In this document: positions 27,167-38,733 of the stretch, one piece after another
How positions within the stretch are numbered: position 1 is the first letter of the stretch
Layout of the letters: the number at the start of each line of letters is the position of its first letter
Source: Dendrobates tinctorius
Lineage: Eukaryota
DNA: 64,000 nucleotides
NCBI RefSeq assembly: GCF_039654945.1
Contig: NW_027361878.1
Span: 31,000,001 to 31,064,000, forward strand
Direction of reading: 5' to 3'
Notes under the pieces: generated by a model
Databases searched by the model: none
Seen by the model: only the letters and a program-made list of their open reading frames with translations
What the model was told of the DNA's origin: nothing
Translations under genes and position numbers: made by a program

Positions 27167-27612
27167 AAGGGTTTTTCCCCCCATTTTCATCAATGCATAT
27201 TTTTGGATAGAACTTGTAAATACAAACAATTTTGCAATTCACTGCTTGTTAAGATTTTCAGCCGTTCTCAAAATATTGAGACTTTTCTTTGGTTTACACC
27301 TTGGAGACCGACCACTGCTGCTATATAGCTGAACTTGTGCCGAGCTTACAATCTCTCTTCTAAGAGCTTGCAAGCACTGTTTTGAGGCTGGCCAGGATGG
27401 CTGAAGCGCACAGTTACCTCCTCATCCCACCGCAATGCTTACAAGCCAGGCAGCAGCGGTGGTCGGTCTCCTAGGCAACCAGCTGCAGACAAAAGTGCTA
27501 ATTTCTCAAGAACGGCTGAAAATTTTAATAAGCAGTAAATTGCAAAACTTCTTGTACTTACTGTACCAACGCGATCGGACTACATCCATCTAAGAAGATG
27601 GAAGTAACCCCT
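27167..27612. mobile_element. Kolobok/T2-type MITE
   Basis: ttaa|aggggtttttccc ... gaagtaacccct|ttaa with internal inverted arms. Confidence 0.65.
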
Positions 27613-27684
27613 TTAAGTCTGGAGAACACGTGGCCACTGATGTGTGGCTGAACAGGGCGAACGGCGGCATGCACAGTCACCATG

Positions 27685-28380
27685 CACTCGCTCTCCGTCG
27701 CGCACACTCACCCTCACTATGCGCCCGTTCTCCGTCGCGCACGCTCGCCCTCACTATGCGCCGGTTCTCCGTCGCGCACGCTCGCCCTCACTATGCGCCG
27801 GTTCTCCGTCGCGCACGCTCGCCCTCACTATGCGCCGGTTCTCCGTCGCGCACGCTCGCCCTCACTATGCGCCGGTTCTCCGTCGCGCACGCTCGCCATC
27901 ACTATGCGCCGGTTCTCCGTCGCGCACGCTCGCCATCACTATGCGCCGGTTCTCCGTCGCGCACGCTCGCCATCACTATGCGCCGGTTCTCCGTCGCGCA
28001 CACTCACCCTATGCGCCGGTTCTCCGTCGCGCACACTCACCCTATGCGCCGGTTCTCCGTCGCGCACACTCACCCTATGCGCCGGTTCTCCGTCGCGCAC
28101 ACTCACCCTATGCGCCGGTTCTCCGTCGCGCACACTCACCCTATGCGCCGGTTCTCCGTCGCGCACACTCACCCTATGCGCCGGTTCTCCGTCGCGCACA
28201 CTCACCCTATGCGCTGGTTCTCCGTCGCGCACACTCACCCTCACACTATGCGCTGGTTCTCCGTCGCGCACACTCACCCTCACACTATGCGCTCGTTCTG
28301 CTTCGCGCACACTCACCCTCACACTATGCGCTCGTTCTGCTTCGCGCACACTCACCCTCACTATGCTCTGGTTCTCCGTT
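27685..28380. repeat. 33/37/39-bp GC-rich minisatellite derived from the EIF1AD exon-intron junction
   Basis: Minus-strand unit gagaaccagcgcatag(tgtgag)ggtgagtgtgcgcgacg repeats the last codons of the exon plus its donor site. Confidence 0.92.
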
Positions 28381-28442
28381 GGCTGCACGTAATCCAGCAG
28401 AACCTCTTGCACCACGTGTTTCCTTTTGGTCGCCTTCGACAT
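28356..28442 (-). CDS. EIF1AD: EIF1AD first coding exon (probable RNA-binding protein EIF1AD)
   Basis: MSKATKRKHVVQEVLLDYVQPTENQSIVR|gtgagt, the recognisable EIF1AD N-terminus. Acceptor at 28498-28499, with an upstream non-coding exon donor at 28710-28711. Joined CDS is 540 nt = 179 aa. Confidence 0.95.
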
Positions 28443-28699
28443 GGCGTGGGGTGTAAATAATGGAGGTTATTACACAGCTTCAGGGTTTTTCTGCTTCCTA
28501 GAAACATTCAGGGCCTGAAACACACAAGATGTCTACGTGATACACAGAGTTCCCCTGCAGCAAGGTGGTCACAACACAGCAACGCTGAAAACTACAACAC
28601 CCAGCATGCCGTGACAGCCGTACAAAGTATGTATAAACGAGACCCCGGGAGTGAACTTTGCACGTATTGCTGCATCATACACAATGGTTCACTAAGCAT

Positions 28700-28980
28700 G
28701 GGCTTCATTACCTGCCACTTCCGGGGTGTTATAGGAGTACAAACATGGCGGCGGATGCATTTCCGGTGACGTCACGAGCGGGCGTTCCCATTGTTCCCGA
28801 GTGGGGGGGGGGGTATACAGAGAACTCTCCCGCGCATGCCCCTCGGGTCTGCAGTGAGTGGTGCGTTTCCATATCCTGTAATCGCAGAAAGTTGTGTGCC
28901 TGCCGTCTTCTGTCTGCAAGTGCGAGCTGAGCAGCGGCCGCTTGGCGGGAAACGAAACACGCGTGTGTACAGGTGAGTGG
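28700..28980. promoter_or_regulatory. Bidirectional CpG-rich promoter for EIF1AD (-) and BANF1 (+)
   Basis: Divergent donors at 28710 (minus) and 28973 (plus). ETS-like ttccgg (~28719, 28761), YY1-like aaacatggcggc (28741-28752), CRE palindrome tgacgtca (28767-28774), E2F-like ggcgggaaa (28944-28952); no TATA. Confidence 0.8.
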
Positions 28981-29255
28981 TGGCCGGAGCCCGGGCCCTG
29001 TGTGTATGGGGTGAGGCGCTCTCTGTGGCGGCGCTGAGCTGTATGGGCGGCTGCTGTGTCCACTCACACGGCAATTAGCGGCCGACCAATCGAGTCACAC
29101 GATCTGTCTCCAGGCCAGGTACTGACGAATGAGTGAGGGTCCCCAGTGCAGGGGGCTGCACACCTGGCCCATCAGATCCTGACCGACACATGTGCCTCAC
29201 GGCAGGAGAACACAGAGCAGGCCCGAGAGATCAGGAGCCTGGTGGTCGGCACCGA

Positions 29256-29603
29256 GGAAGAACGCCGGGCCAGGAGGAGGAGGAAGAACGCCGGGCCAGG
29301 AGGAGGAGGAAGAACGCCGGGCCAGGAGGAGGAGGAAGAACGCCGGGCCAGGAGGAGGAGGAAGAACGCCGGGCCAGGAGGAGGAGGAAGAACGCCGGGC
29401 CAGGAGGAGGAGGAAGAACGCCGGGCCAGGAGGAGGAGGAAGAACGCCGGGCCAGGAGGCGGAGGAAGAACGCCGGGCCAGGAGGCGGAGGAGGCAGCAG
29501 ACCGCCGGGCCAGGAGGCGGAGGAGGCAGCAGACCGCCGGGCCAGGAGGCGGAGGAGGCAGCAGACCGCCGGGCCAGGAGGCGGAGGAGGCAGCAGACCG
29601 CCG
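29256..29603. repeat. Purine-rich 25-31 bp minisatellite (gaagaacgccgggccaggaggaggag) in BANF1 intron 1
   Basis: Visible tandem array; source of the overlapping repetitive ORFs at 29133-29809. Confidence 0.9.
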
Positions 29604-29612
29604 AGGCGGAAC

Positions 29613-29907
29613 GCTATGTGCACAAGCTGCGGGTCCGCATGTGGATTGACCTGTGGATTGGCCAGCGGTTTTCCCCTGCGGTCTGACACCTGGACAATGG
29701 AATAGCTGGCAAACCGCAGCGGAATCCGTAGAAAGAATTGACATGTCAATACTTTCTGCGGATTCAAAACCGCAGCTTTTCCGCAGTTAAAAATCCGCAG
29801 CATGTGCACAGCAGAAGGTAAATCACATAGACTTACATGCTACTGTACACTGTCTGCAGAAGTGCTGCAGATCCGCAGAGGTTAAATCCGCAGCGTGTGC
29901 ACATAGC
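29613..29907. mobile_element. Harbinger-type MITE, same family as 1500-1799
   Basis: gctatgtgcaca ... gtgtgcacatagcc|taa; shared internal aaaaccgcagcttttccgcag. Confidence 0.7.
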
Positions 29908-29933
29908 CTAATTTGGGAATGTTAGTTCTGTAT

Positions 29934-30990
29934 ATGGTGGCTCGGTGGTTAGGGCTGCAGCCCTGGTGTCCTGGGTTCAAATCCCAGCAAGGACAGCGTC
30001 TGCTAGGAGTTTGTATGTTCTCCCCGTGTTCCCGTGGGATTTTTCCAGGTTCTCTTGTTTCCTCCCACACTCCAAAGCCATACTGAGGGTATGTGCACAC
30101 GTAGCGGAACTCGCGGAAGTTACCGCAAGAGTTCCGGAATTCCATTCCGCAGGAAAGTCGAATTTTAAATTCCCGCTATTTTCCCACGGAAAAACTAGCG
30201 ATTTGCAAGTGTAATTAGCTTGCGGAATGCTCGCGTTTTCCAAGCGATCTGATGGACAGGTTGGTCACACTCGTCAAACAGTGTTTGACAAGTGTGACCA
30301 ACTTTTTACTACTGAGGCCGCCTATGCAACATCAGTAGTAAAAGATAAAATGTAAAAAAAAAAATATATAGTTATTCTCACCTTCCGGCGTCCCGCGCAG
30401 CATTCCCGCCTCTCTCCACACTCCCAGCCGCAGTAATCCTTTGCGCGAAATGACCGCTAGTAGTCATTGCGGTCATTCTCGCAAAGGATTACTGGGAGCG
30501 TGGAGAGAGGCGGGAATGCTGCGCGGGACGCCGGAAGGTGAGAATAACTATATTTTTTACAGGGATATGGTACCCGGAGGACAGTCTCCTCTCCTCCGGA
30601 CCGTGGGTACCATCCGCAAATGTTCTGCTTACTTTTCGCATGGTGTGCACAGCCACATGCGGGAAGTAAGCGGAACAATGCATTCCTATGGGTGCAGGAT
30701 CGCCGCGATTTCACTAAATTAATGAGCATGCTGCGTTTTTTACCGCGAAGCGATTCCGCCGCGGTAAAAACAGCAGCATTAGCACAGCATTGCGGAATCC
30801 CATAGGATTGCATGGGATGCTTATTTTTCGCATTTTCACGGCAAAATTGCGCATTTAAAACAGACGCAAAACCGCACCGTGTGAACTCAGCCTGATAGGG
30901 AATCTTGATTGCGAGCCCCATTGGGGACAGAGATGATGATGATGATGTCTGTAAAGCGCTGTGGGGTTAATGGCGCTATATCATCAATCA
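29934..30990 (+). mobile_element. tRNA-derived V-SINE interrupted by a MITE
   Basis: A box tggctcggtgg, B box ggttcaaatcc, V-domain gagtttgtatgttctccccgtg...gtttcctcccacactccaaa; resumes after 30895 with the tail tgtaaagcgctg...ggcgctatat. Confidence 0.75.
30087..30892. mobile_element. Harbinger-type MITE inside the V-SINE
   Basis: TGA TSD; TIRs gggtatgtgcacacg / cgtgtgaactcagcc. Confidence 0.8.
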
Positions 30991-31232
30991 TAATTTCACA
31001 GAACATGAATGGAAGAAACCGCATGCAGCTCCCTAGACAATGAGTGGAGGCTGTACAGGGATAGCCGCTCCTAGCTCTTCCTGTCCCTACACACGCATGT
31101 TGCAGACATGTTCCGGTAGGGTGTCTTGCAGATGATTGCTGCCGTGGACGGGCTCTTCCCTTCTCTGGTATGTGGACCTTTTGTAGACATGTCAGCCCCG
31201 GCCTCACTGGAATCTAGTAGCTAGTTTTGTTA

Positions 31233-31730
31233 GGCCGGTTTCACATTAGCGCTTTTTCAGCGCGCGCATGGCCGGGGGTAGCTCCGCCCCCGAGCCGGCT
31301 CTCTGCCCGGCGTGCCCGCCCCTTGCTTGTAGCGCCGCCTACTAGCGGACAGCGGCGCCTGCGATCGGCGCACCCTATCTTTAGCATAGGGTGCGCAGAT
31401 CGTGCGCAGGCCGTGCGCTAGTTGCGCTTTGACCTGCGCTGCGCACTTTTGACGGTGCGCCGTGCGCGCCAAAATCCGAAAAGTTTGATTTTGGCGCGCA
31501 CGGCGCACCGTCAAAAGTGCGCAGCGCAGGTCAAAGCGCAACTAGCGCACGGCCTGCGCACGATCTGCGCACCCTATGCTAAAGATAGGGTGCGCCGCTC
31601 GCAGGCGCCGCTGTCCGCTAGTAGGCGGCGCTACAAGCAAGGGGCGGGCACGCCGGGCAGAGAGCCGGCTCGGGGGCGGAGCTACCCCCGGCCGTGCGTG
31701 CGCTTAAAAAGCGCTAATGTGAAACCAGCC
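31233..31730. mobile_element. Near-perfect ~500-bp GC-rich palindromic MITE
   Basis: TTA|ggccggtttcacattagcgc ... gcgctaatgtgaaaccagcc|TTA; arms of ~240 bp around a ~12-nt spacer near 31481. Confidence 0.9.
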
Positions 31731-32711
31731 TTAGATTTCTCCGTGCGGCCCACGATGGGACGTGTTCTCGTACCATAGAGCCCCGAGGTCATGTGTGCAT
31801 CGGCCTTCACAAGTCTGGCAGTGTAGAATGCGGCCACGTTTCTTGGTTACTTTGGAGATTTATCTGCATTCCCCCATGTACTCACTGTGGACCACCTGCT
31901 GTAGATATTGGTGCAGGGGGCAGCACATTTCCTCCTCTGTATTTGCACTGATGTCATCAGCAGAAATATGACTTAATGCTTATTGAAACCAAGCACAGCC
32001 GCTCTTGGCTTCTTCACTAATTTCCATCCTTTGTGTATACTGTAAAGTCAGAGCTGTCAATCAAAGATGAGGAGGGCAGAAATGGATGGGAAAATGGCAA
32101 GTACTTAGGAAAGTGCTCTTACTACCAGGTGCATTATCTGTACATCTGATGGTGCATTATTGTTTTAAGTAAAATCTAAATGCAAGTTTTTGGAGTGTAA
32201 GGGGATAAAAAATGCATTTTTTTGAATCTGACTTAAATTTTAAGACCATCTTCCATTGTGTCTGTGAAAGCTGCAAAACTCGAATTCGAGGGCTTCCACG
32301 TGACTGCATTTTACAGCTCATGTTTGGGTCACGGTTCGCAGAGGTGTTATCAGAGCATACGCTTGTCCTAAGCGAGTATATTAGGCATGCTCGAAAAATA
32401 TATTCAAGCCCCCGCAGCTGCATGTCTCACGGCTGTTCGAGAGCTGCAACACATGCAGGGATTCCCTGTTTGTTAGGAAATCCCTACATGTGTTGCGCTT
32501 GTCAAGCAGCCGTGAGGACTCGAACATGCTGAAGATACTCGGATAACACCTGAGCATGCTTAGATAACACTATCCGAGCATGCACGCCCAGTAAAGACCC
32601 GTCCAGCAAACTAATAGCCATCATGATTCCTGTGTGCGAGTTTCTATATATGCCATGCACGTGTGATGACACTTCTCTCGACATCGTCTTCTTCAGGTGT
32701 AGCCAGCAAAG

Positions 32712-32837
32712 ATGTCTTCCACGTCACAGAAGCACAAAGACTTCGTGGCAGAGCCCATGGGAGAGAAGGAGGTGCAGTGTCTCGCTGGCATTGGTGATGT
32801 GCTGGGAGGGAAGCTTGTGGATAAGGGCTTTGACAAG
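32712..32837 (+). CDS. BANF1: Barrier-to-autointegration factor, coding exon 1
   Basis: [42 protein letters not shown]|gtaag; acceptor ttcag at 32696. Confidence 0.97.
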
Positions 32838-32990
32838 GTAAGATTTGTGCCAGCAGTTTGATATGTGGAATCTTTATAGATTGTAGCTCATGGCCCAAGT
32901 TACCGGCCACCTCTGCAGTCTATCAGAAGTAGCCAGCCTCCGAGGCAAAAATTGCAAACTGTGTTCTATATTCTCTGAAGTTGCTAGATA

Positions 32991-33643
32991 CCGTATTTTT
33001 CGGACTATAAGACGCACCGGACCATAAGACGCACCCCAATTTTCAGAAGGAAAATAGGGAAAAAAATAATAATGTGTCAAATGGGGGTCCGTCTTACAGT
33101 CCGAATTCAGCTTACCTGGGAAGGGATCCGGCACAGGTGGAGGAGTAGTCACGGGTCATTCAGTGGTCCAGGCTCATGTGGTGGCGGCTCTGTCCTGGGG
33201 CAGCTGGGCTGGGGCAGGTGGGCTCTGCGGGGTGAGGGTGGCGGCGGGCTGTGCTCCGGTGCAGGGGCGGCGGCTCCGCTGGCATTTCCTCGCTGCCCGG
33301 AGTCCCCCGCACATCCCTTGCTAGCCGCCGCCATGTTGCGGTGACCTCCGGGAGCATGGACGCCGGGAAGATGGCTGCCGGTCCGGGGACGGCGCATGCG
33401 CAGGTTCAGATCTCGTCCCGAGATCCATGTTCCCGGAGGTCACCGCAACATGGCGAGGAAATGCCGGCGGAGCCGCCACCTCTGCACCGGAGCACAGCCC
33501 GCCACCCTCACACCGCAGAGCCCCGCCCGCTGCCACCACCGCAGAGCCCCGCCCGTTAGTATATTGTGCCCATAAGACGCACCCCCTACTTTCCCCCAAA
33601 ATTTTGGGGGGAAAAAGTGCGTCTTATGGTCGGAAAAATACGG
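32991..33643. mobile_element. pogo/Tc2-type MITE in BANF1 intron 2
   Basis: TA|ccgtatttttcggactataagacgcac ... gtgcgtcttatggtcggaaaaatacgg|TA. Confidence 0.85.
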
Positions 33644-33929
33644 TATATCCAGCTTTAGTGTCCCGCGTGCTCCTGTGATGCTGCAAATGCAAAGTCTCTC
33701 ATAGTGGGCAGCTTGTCCAAACTGTCAGTCAATTGGGAGAGCACCCATCCCTCGACGGCAAAAGGAGGCAGAGGAGCGGTGTGCTGCTGAAGAGAGATAA
33801 TGAGAGCAATCCTTTAACACTTTTGCAACATTTTACACCATTTTTTATTTTTTTTCTATTACTCTTCGAGTGACCCCCGTAATAACATGAGCTGTGGTTT
33901 CTCATAATGCCCTGTTTTTTTTTTTCTAG

Positions 33930-34076
33930 GCCTATGTAGTCTTGGGTCAATTTCTTGTGCTAAGGAAAGATGAAGAGCTTTTCAAAGATTGGTTGCGGGA
34001 CACCTGCGGAGCGAACTCGAAGCAGACGCGCGATTGTTATACCTGTCTGAAAGAATGGTGTGATGCCTTCTTGTAA
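33930..34076 (+). CDS. BANF1: Barrier-to-autointegration factor, coding exon 2
   Basis: ttctag|[48 protein letters not shown]; total 90 aa. Confidence 0.97.
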   Translation, partial: AYVVLGQFLVLRKDEELFKDWLRDTCGANSKQTRDCYTCLKEWCDAFL

Positions 34077-37000
34077 GACTCTTACCTTCCCAAATCCAGT
34101 CTCCGAAGACCATCACCGGATCAACGTCCAGGAGTGCACAGCAAGGAGAACGTCCGCCTGGTCCCAGCATCTCCATATATACCTTTTTTAAGCCTTTCCT
34201 TGATATTTCAGAATTTGAATGTATATCCAGATTTCAGAGTTTATATATTTTTTTTGTCACTTAGTTTTTTTTTCCCAAAAAAAAATAATGTTGCCAAAGC
34301 TGAATGTGATATTGCCTGCTGATATACAGCAATCTTGGAAGGGGCCTCACAAATGCACCAGACTCTTAACTGCTCCTATTAACCAGTTGTTAGAAACAAC
34401 TGTGTGCCGTTTTGGCTACTAGGACTACTGTAGAGCCTTGCATCTGGAATATGGTGGCCAAATATAACTGGCTTGTCCACTCACAAGAAACTGCATAGGG
34501 TTCCCCTTCATAGGGCAGCATAAAACCCTGTGCCTAAGGGAAGAGCCATACAGCCTCATTACTCGGAAGGGGATCGCAACGCAATTCTCGGACTGGTCGG
34601 TGGTCTTCTGACCTGAGTGTGACAGCTGCATAGAAATGCATGCTCTCATATTCGGGTCGGGAGCGCCAACATTCAGTCTGTGAATTGGGTTGCAACCCCT
34701 GTCCGAGTTATACTGCCATCTGGCTCTTCCATTCGGCAGACTATGGGCTGTGATCTTTAGACAGGGCCGCAGGTCTCTGGGCATGAACTCATTAGCCTCA
34801 TATGTGGCCGGTGTGTTTAGGTCAGGAGACCCATGTTTGGTCCAAGCATCAAAGTTTGTAGCCAGACAGTGTTTCACTGACGTCTGAATTGGGTCACTTA
34901 ATGGGCTTCTTGCTGTAATTTTGATCAGATCGCTACTTTTCGTCCTGCATTTCATCTAGTCCTGTCAGTAATTGGCTCCTGCTATATAGTACTCTATTGA
35001 TTAGCAGTTTTCTGCCTATGCACAGTGTCAGCTGTCAATGAGTGGTGTGGACTGGGTTATACAGAGTTCATCATTGAGAGGGCTAGAAGAACTAGTTAAA
35101 ACAGGAATTGCATCCAAACTACAGCAAGCAGCCTAGTAAATGACCTGGCACTGGAATCGTTGAATGTGCTTTAATTTTGAGCCTGTTTTCACAAGCGGCC
35201 CCATGAGGCTGGAAGTGCTGCAGTTCATAGAAAATCTGTGCTGTTCGGAACCAACCATGTTCACCCTTCCATAGTGAGTCTTTCTTTCCAAAGACCCCCC
35301 TCTCTTAGTTTAGAAGCCTCTAGTTACGTCCACTCCTTCAGATCCATGTGCCCACAAGTGGGCAGCCTCTATAGCCTGAGACTCATGACACACAGCTGCT
35401 TTGTCTGACCAGACAGTGGAAAAAGGACATTCATAAGGCTTCGTTCACACGGTGCCGTTTTCTCACTGCTTTTGCATGCTGAATGAACAAACTAAAGCTG
35501 CCCCGTGTGAGCCTGTCCTTAGCAGATCGGCAAATTATTGCAGCACGTGCATGGGGTTTGTAAACCCCACTCACCTGCTTCTTCCAGAGTCGCAGAATTG
35601 TGGCTGCACGGCCTTATGTAGAGCGATACACGGCACGTTCTGCAGGAGCGGAGCCCTCTTGTTAGGTCTGATGCTGCTTTAGATTGTTACAATGGCGTGC
35701 TGCTAGAATTAGTCGCCTTGGGCTATGTTCACACTGACATGCGGGACGTTCCATATTTTGAGAAATTCATGTCCTAAAAGGATCCGGTGCAGAGGGTCCT
35801 CGTTGATAACAATAGGGGTCTGTCTGGCTTCCGTCATGTATCTTAAGTTTTGTAGATTGGAAAAAGTTTGACATGGTGCTTTTTTTCTTTTTTTTTTTTT
35901 TTCTTCCATGCTGAAAACGGACATGACAGAACCCAGCCGGACCCCATAATAATCAGCACGGCCCCTCTTGCTTCCATTTGTCAATTCTACAATGGATCAG
36001 GTTTTTTTTTTTTTTTACATTTTATTTCTGTTCCTCCAACAATTGGAATATCCAAACGAATAGTGTGAACGTAGCCTTAGCCTGACATAAAGTTTTTAAA
36101 CATTTTAAGCACTTTCTTTTTTTCATTACACCCGTCTGTGTCATTTCAGATGTTGTAATCTTTACACGTGACGTTAATGGGACTTCGCTGTAGAATTGGG
36201 AATGTAATTCAGCAAATTTATCAACAGGTGAAAATGGTCATTAAACTGGGGCAAAAAGTCGGCTGTTCAATTCTCGTTGAAACTCTGCCGGCGAACGCTT
36301 TGAATATTAAAGTTATGTTAAGATTCGTCAGCGGTTTCTAAGCGCTCGCCGGCGAGGAATCAAAAAGTGGGAACACGACTTTTAATGATTGGAACATTTG
36401 CCTGCTGTTCTTATCAAATGTTACCTCCGATTGTTTTCTGGTTTTAAAATTAAAATATTAAATTCTTATTTGTTTTTTTTCTCTTTTGTCTCAATGTTTG
36501 TTTTCCTGCATTTATCATGCACTGAATGAAGTCTGACTACGTCTTACGTGGGTTTTCTTATCTGTCCTGTACTCTCTTTACACACATTGTTTTGTTTTTT
36601 TGTTTTTTTCCCGGCTGAGTAGTTCTGCGTCGTCTTCCCACCCTGATATCCCCCTGGACTGATCGGTCTCTCCTTGTACACTCGCATATGAGAGCAATTT
36701 CAGTCTATAGGGGCTTCGGTTAGGAAAAAGCCACCCGGGACTAGCCTAGGACTAGTCAAGCGAGACACAGACTGGTCTTTGAAGTAGGTTTTCTGTGATA
36801 GGCCACATCCTGTGTCTGATTTATGACGCCCAAAGTTTGGGCAGCGTGACTCTCACCATTGGTTCCCTTTAATCCCTTCACCACTTATGACGTAAATGTA
36901 CGTCATTCCTTGATGGAGGCTTTCAGTCTGCCCTGCCTCTTTCCCTGCCTACAATGACTGTAATTTAGGCAAAATGGAAATCTGCGAAATTTAAAAAAAA

Positions 37001-37271
37001 AATTCCGGAAAGCCTTCAATAACATAGGGATGGTGGTTTGATGCCCCCACTAATCAGCTGTTTGCAGTTATACATCGCAGGGCACAAAGCTCCATACGCC
37101 TTTTAGTGGCCATTCGCAGGAATTGCAGCTCAGCTCTTTTTCACTTCCATAGGAGTAGAGCTGCAGAATGGCCACTGCACAGTACAGGGTTCTGGCTGGA
37201 AACAGCTGAGCAGTGGGGATGCCGGGTGTTGGACCACCACTGATCTCTGATATTCGTTAGTTTCCTTTTAA

Positions 37272-37826
37272 CCCCTTAACGTCAACAGTCAGTCATTGGA
37301 CGCCTCCCCCCTGTTTGGTGCGGGCTCTGGCGATGAGCCTGCACCTTTTCCAGGACATGACCCCTGTGGTTGTCATTGCTGGATCGCTATGAGCGCCGCC
37401 TGGTACATACAGCCCTGCTGTATGTATCCGAGGCAATCGGACAAGTGCAGCTTCTATTCTCCCGTGGAGACTATTGAGGCATGCAAAAAGTGAAAATGAA
37501 AGATTTTAAAATATTAAAATAAATATAAGTTCAAACTTTCGCCCCATTCAAAAAAGTCACAAATTTCCCAGATCCGTAGCGTCTCCATTTTTTGTGATCT
37601 CGGGTCGGGTGAGGGCTTATTTTTTGTGCGCCGAGCTGACGTTTTTATTGATACCACTTTTGCGTAGATATGATCTTTTGATCGCCTGTTGTTGCATTTT
37701 ATTGTAACGTTGCAGCGACCCAAAAAAATGTATTTCTGGCGTTTCGATTTTTTTCTCGCTACGCCGTTTAAGGATTTAATTCTTTATATTGATGGGGTGA
37801 TGCTGAACGCGGCGATACCAAATGTG

Positions 37827-37868
<42 letters not shown>

Positions 37869-38274
37869 GGTTTTATTTTTTTTAACAAAGTTTGGAGGTT
37901 TTTTTCACCACTTAGATAAAAAAAGAACCTAGACTTGTTTGGTGTCTATGAACTCGTGATGACCTAGGGAATCATAATGGCAGGTCAGTTTAAGCATTTA
38001 GTGAACTTAGTAAAAAAGCCAAACAAAACAAGTGTGGGATTGCACTTTTTTTTTTTTTTTTTTTTTCAGTTTCAATGCAGTTGGAATTTTACCCGTTTTC
38101 TGCTACAGAACCTGGTAAAACCAATGGTGTCGTTCAAAAGTACAACTCGTCCCACAAAAAATAAATCCTCATATGGCCATATTGATGGAAAAATAAAAAA
38201 AATATTATGGCCCTGGGAAGAAGGGGAGCAAAAAATGAAAATGCAAAACCAAAAATACCCCAGTCGTTAAGGGG
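37272..38274. mobile_element. piggyBac-type non-autonomous element
   Basis: TTAA|ccccttaacg ... cgttaagggg|TTAA. Confidence 0.8.
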
Positions 38275-38503
38275 TTAATGGCATTGGTATAGCCTGAATG
38301 TTACCTATGGTTTGTTTTTTGTTCTGCACCCCCATCACCTTACCAGCATTAAGTTCCCTGATCCTTTATCTGCAGGATCTGACTGCCATCTGTTAGTGGA
38401 AAGGGGAACTGATGTCAAATTCTATGCACCATCATGGCTGATAGAGGGTCCTGTTACCTTAGGTGGTTGGGGGGAAGCTCTAAGCATTGATCATCACATT
38501 TAA

Positions 38504-38733
38504 AGGGACTTTTTCAGCACAGAATAACTTCAAACCAAGCACAGGTGCTTGGTGCACCCTTGATGTGGCCAAACATACTTGTTTTCCTTCGAGCTCTATG
38601 AAATCAGTGCTGTCACTCGAAGAGGGGGTGGGGGATAAATTAAGAAACCGGTGTGAAGTTGAGCAATATTTGACCACACCATGGGTGCACTGAGTACCTG
38701 GTTTGAACAGTCATTCTGCGCTGAAAGTCCCTT
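38504..38733. mobile_element. Kolobok/T2-type MITE
   Basis: ttaa|agggactttttcagcacagaataact ... agtcattctgcgctgaaagtccct(t)|ttaa. Confidence 0.7.

Noticed and set aside
27630-28460. Plus-strand repetitive ORFs of 236-276 aa
   Set aside because: Antisense translations of the EIF1AD junction minisatellite.
29133-29809. Arg/Glu/Gly-rich and Pro-rich ORFs
   Set aside because: Stop-free minisatellite in BANF1 intron 1, open in multiple frames on both strands.
29934-29995. tRNA gene
   Set aside because: Only A and B boxes without a cloverleaf, followed by a V-domain; it is a SINE head.
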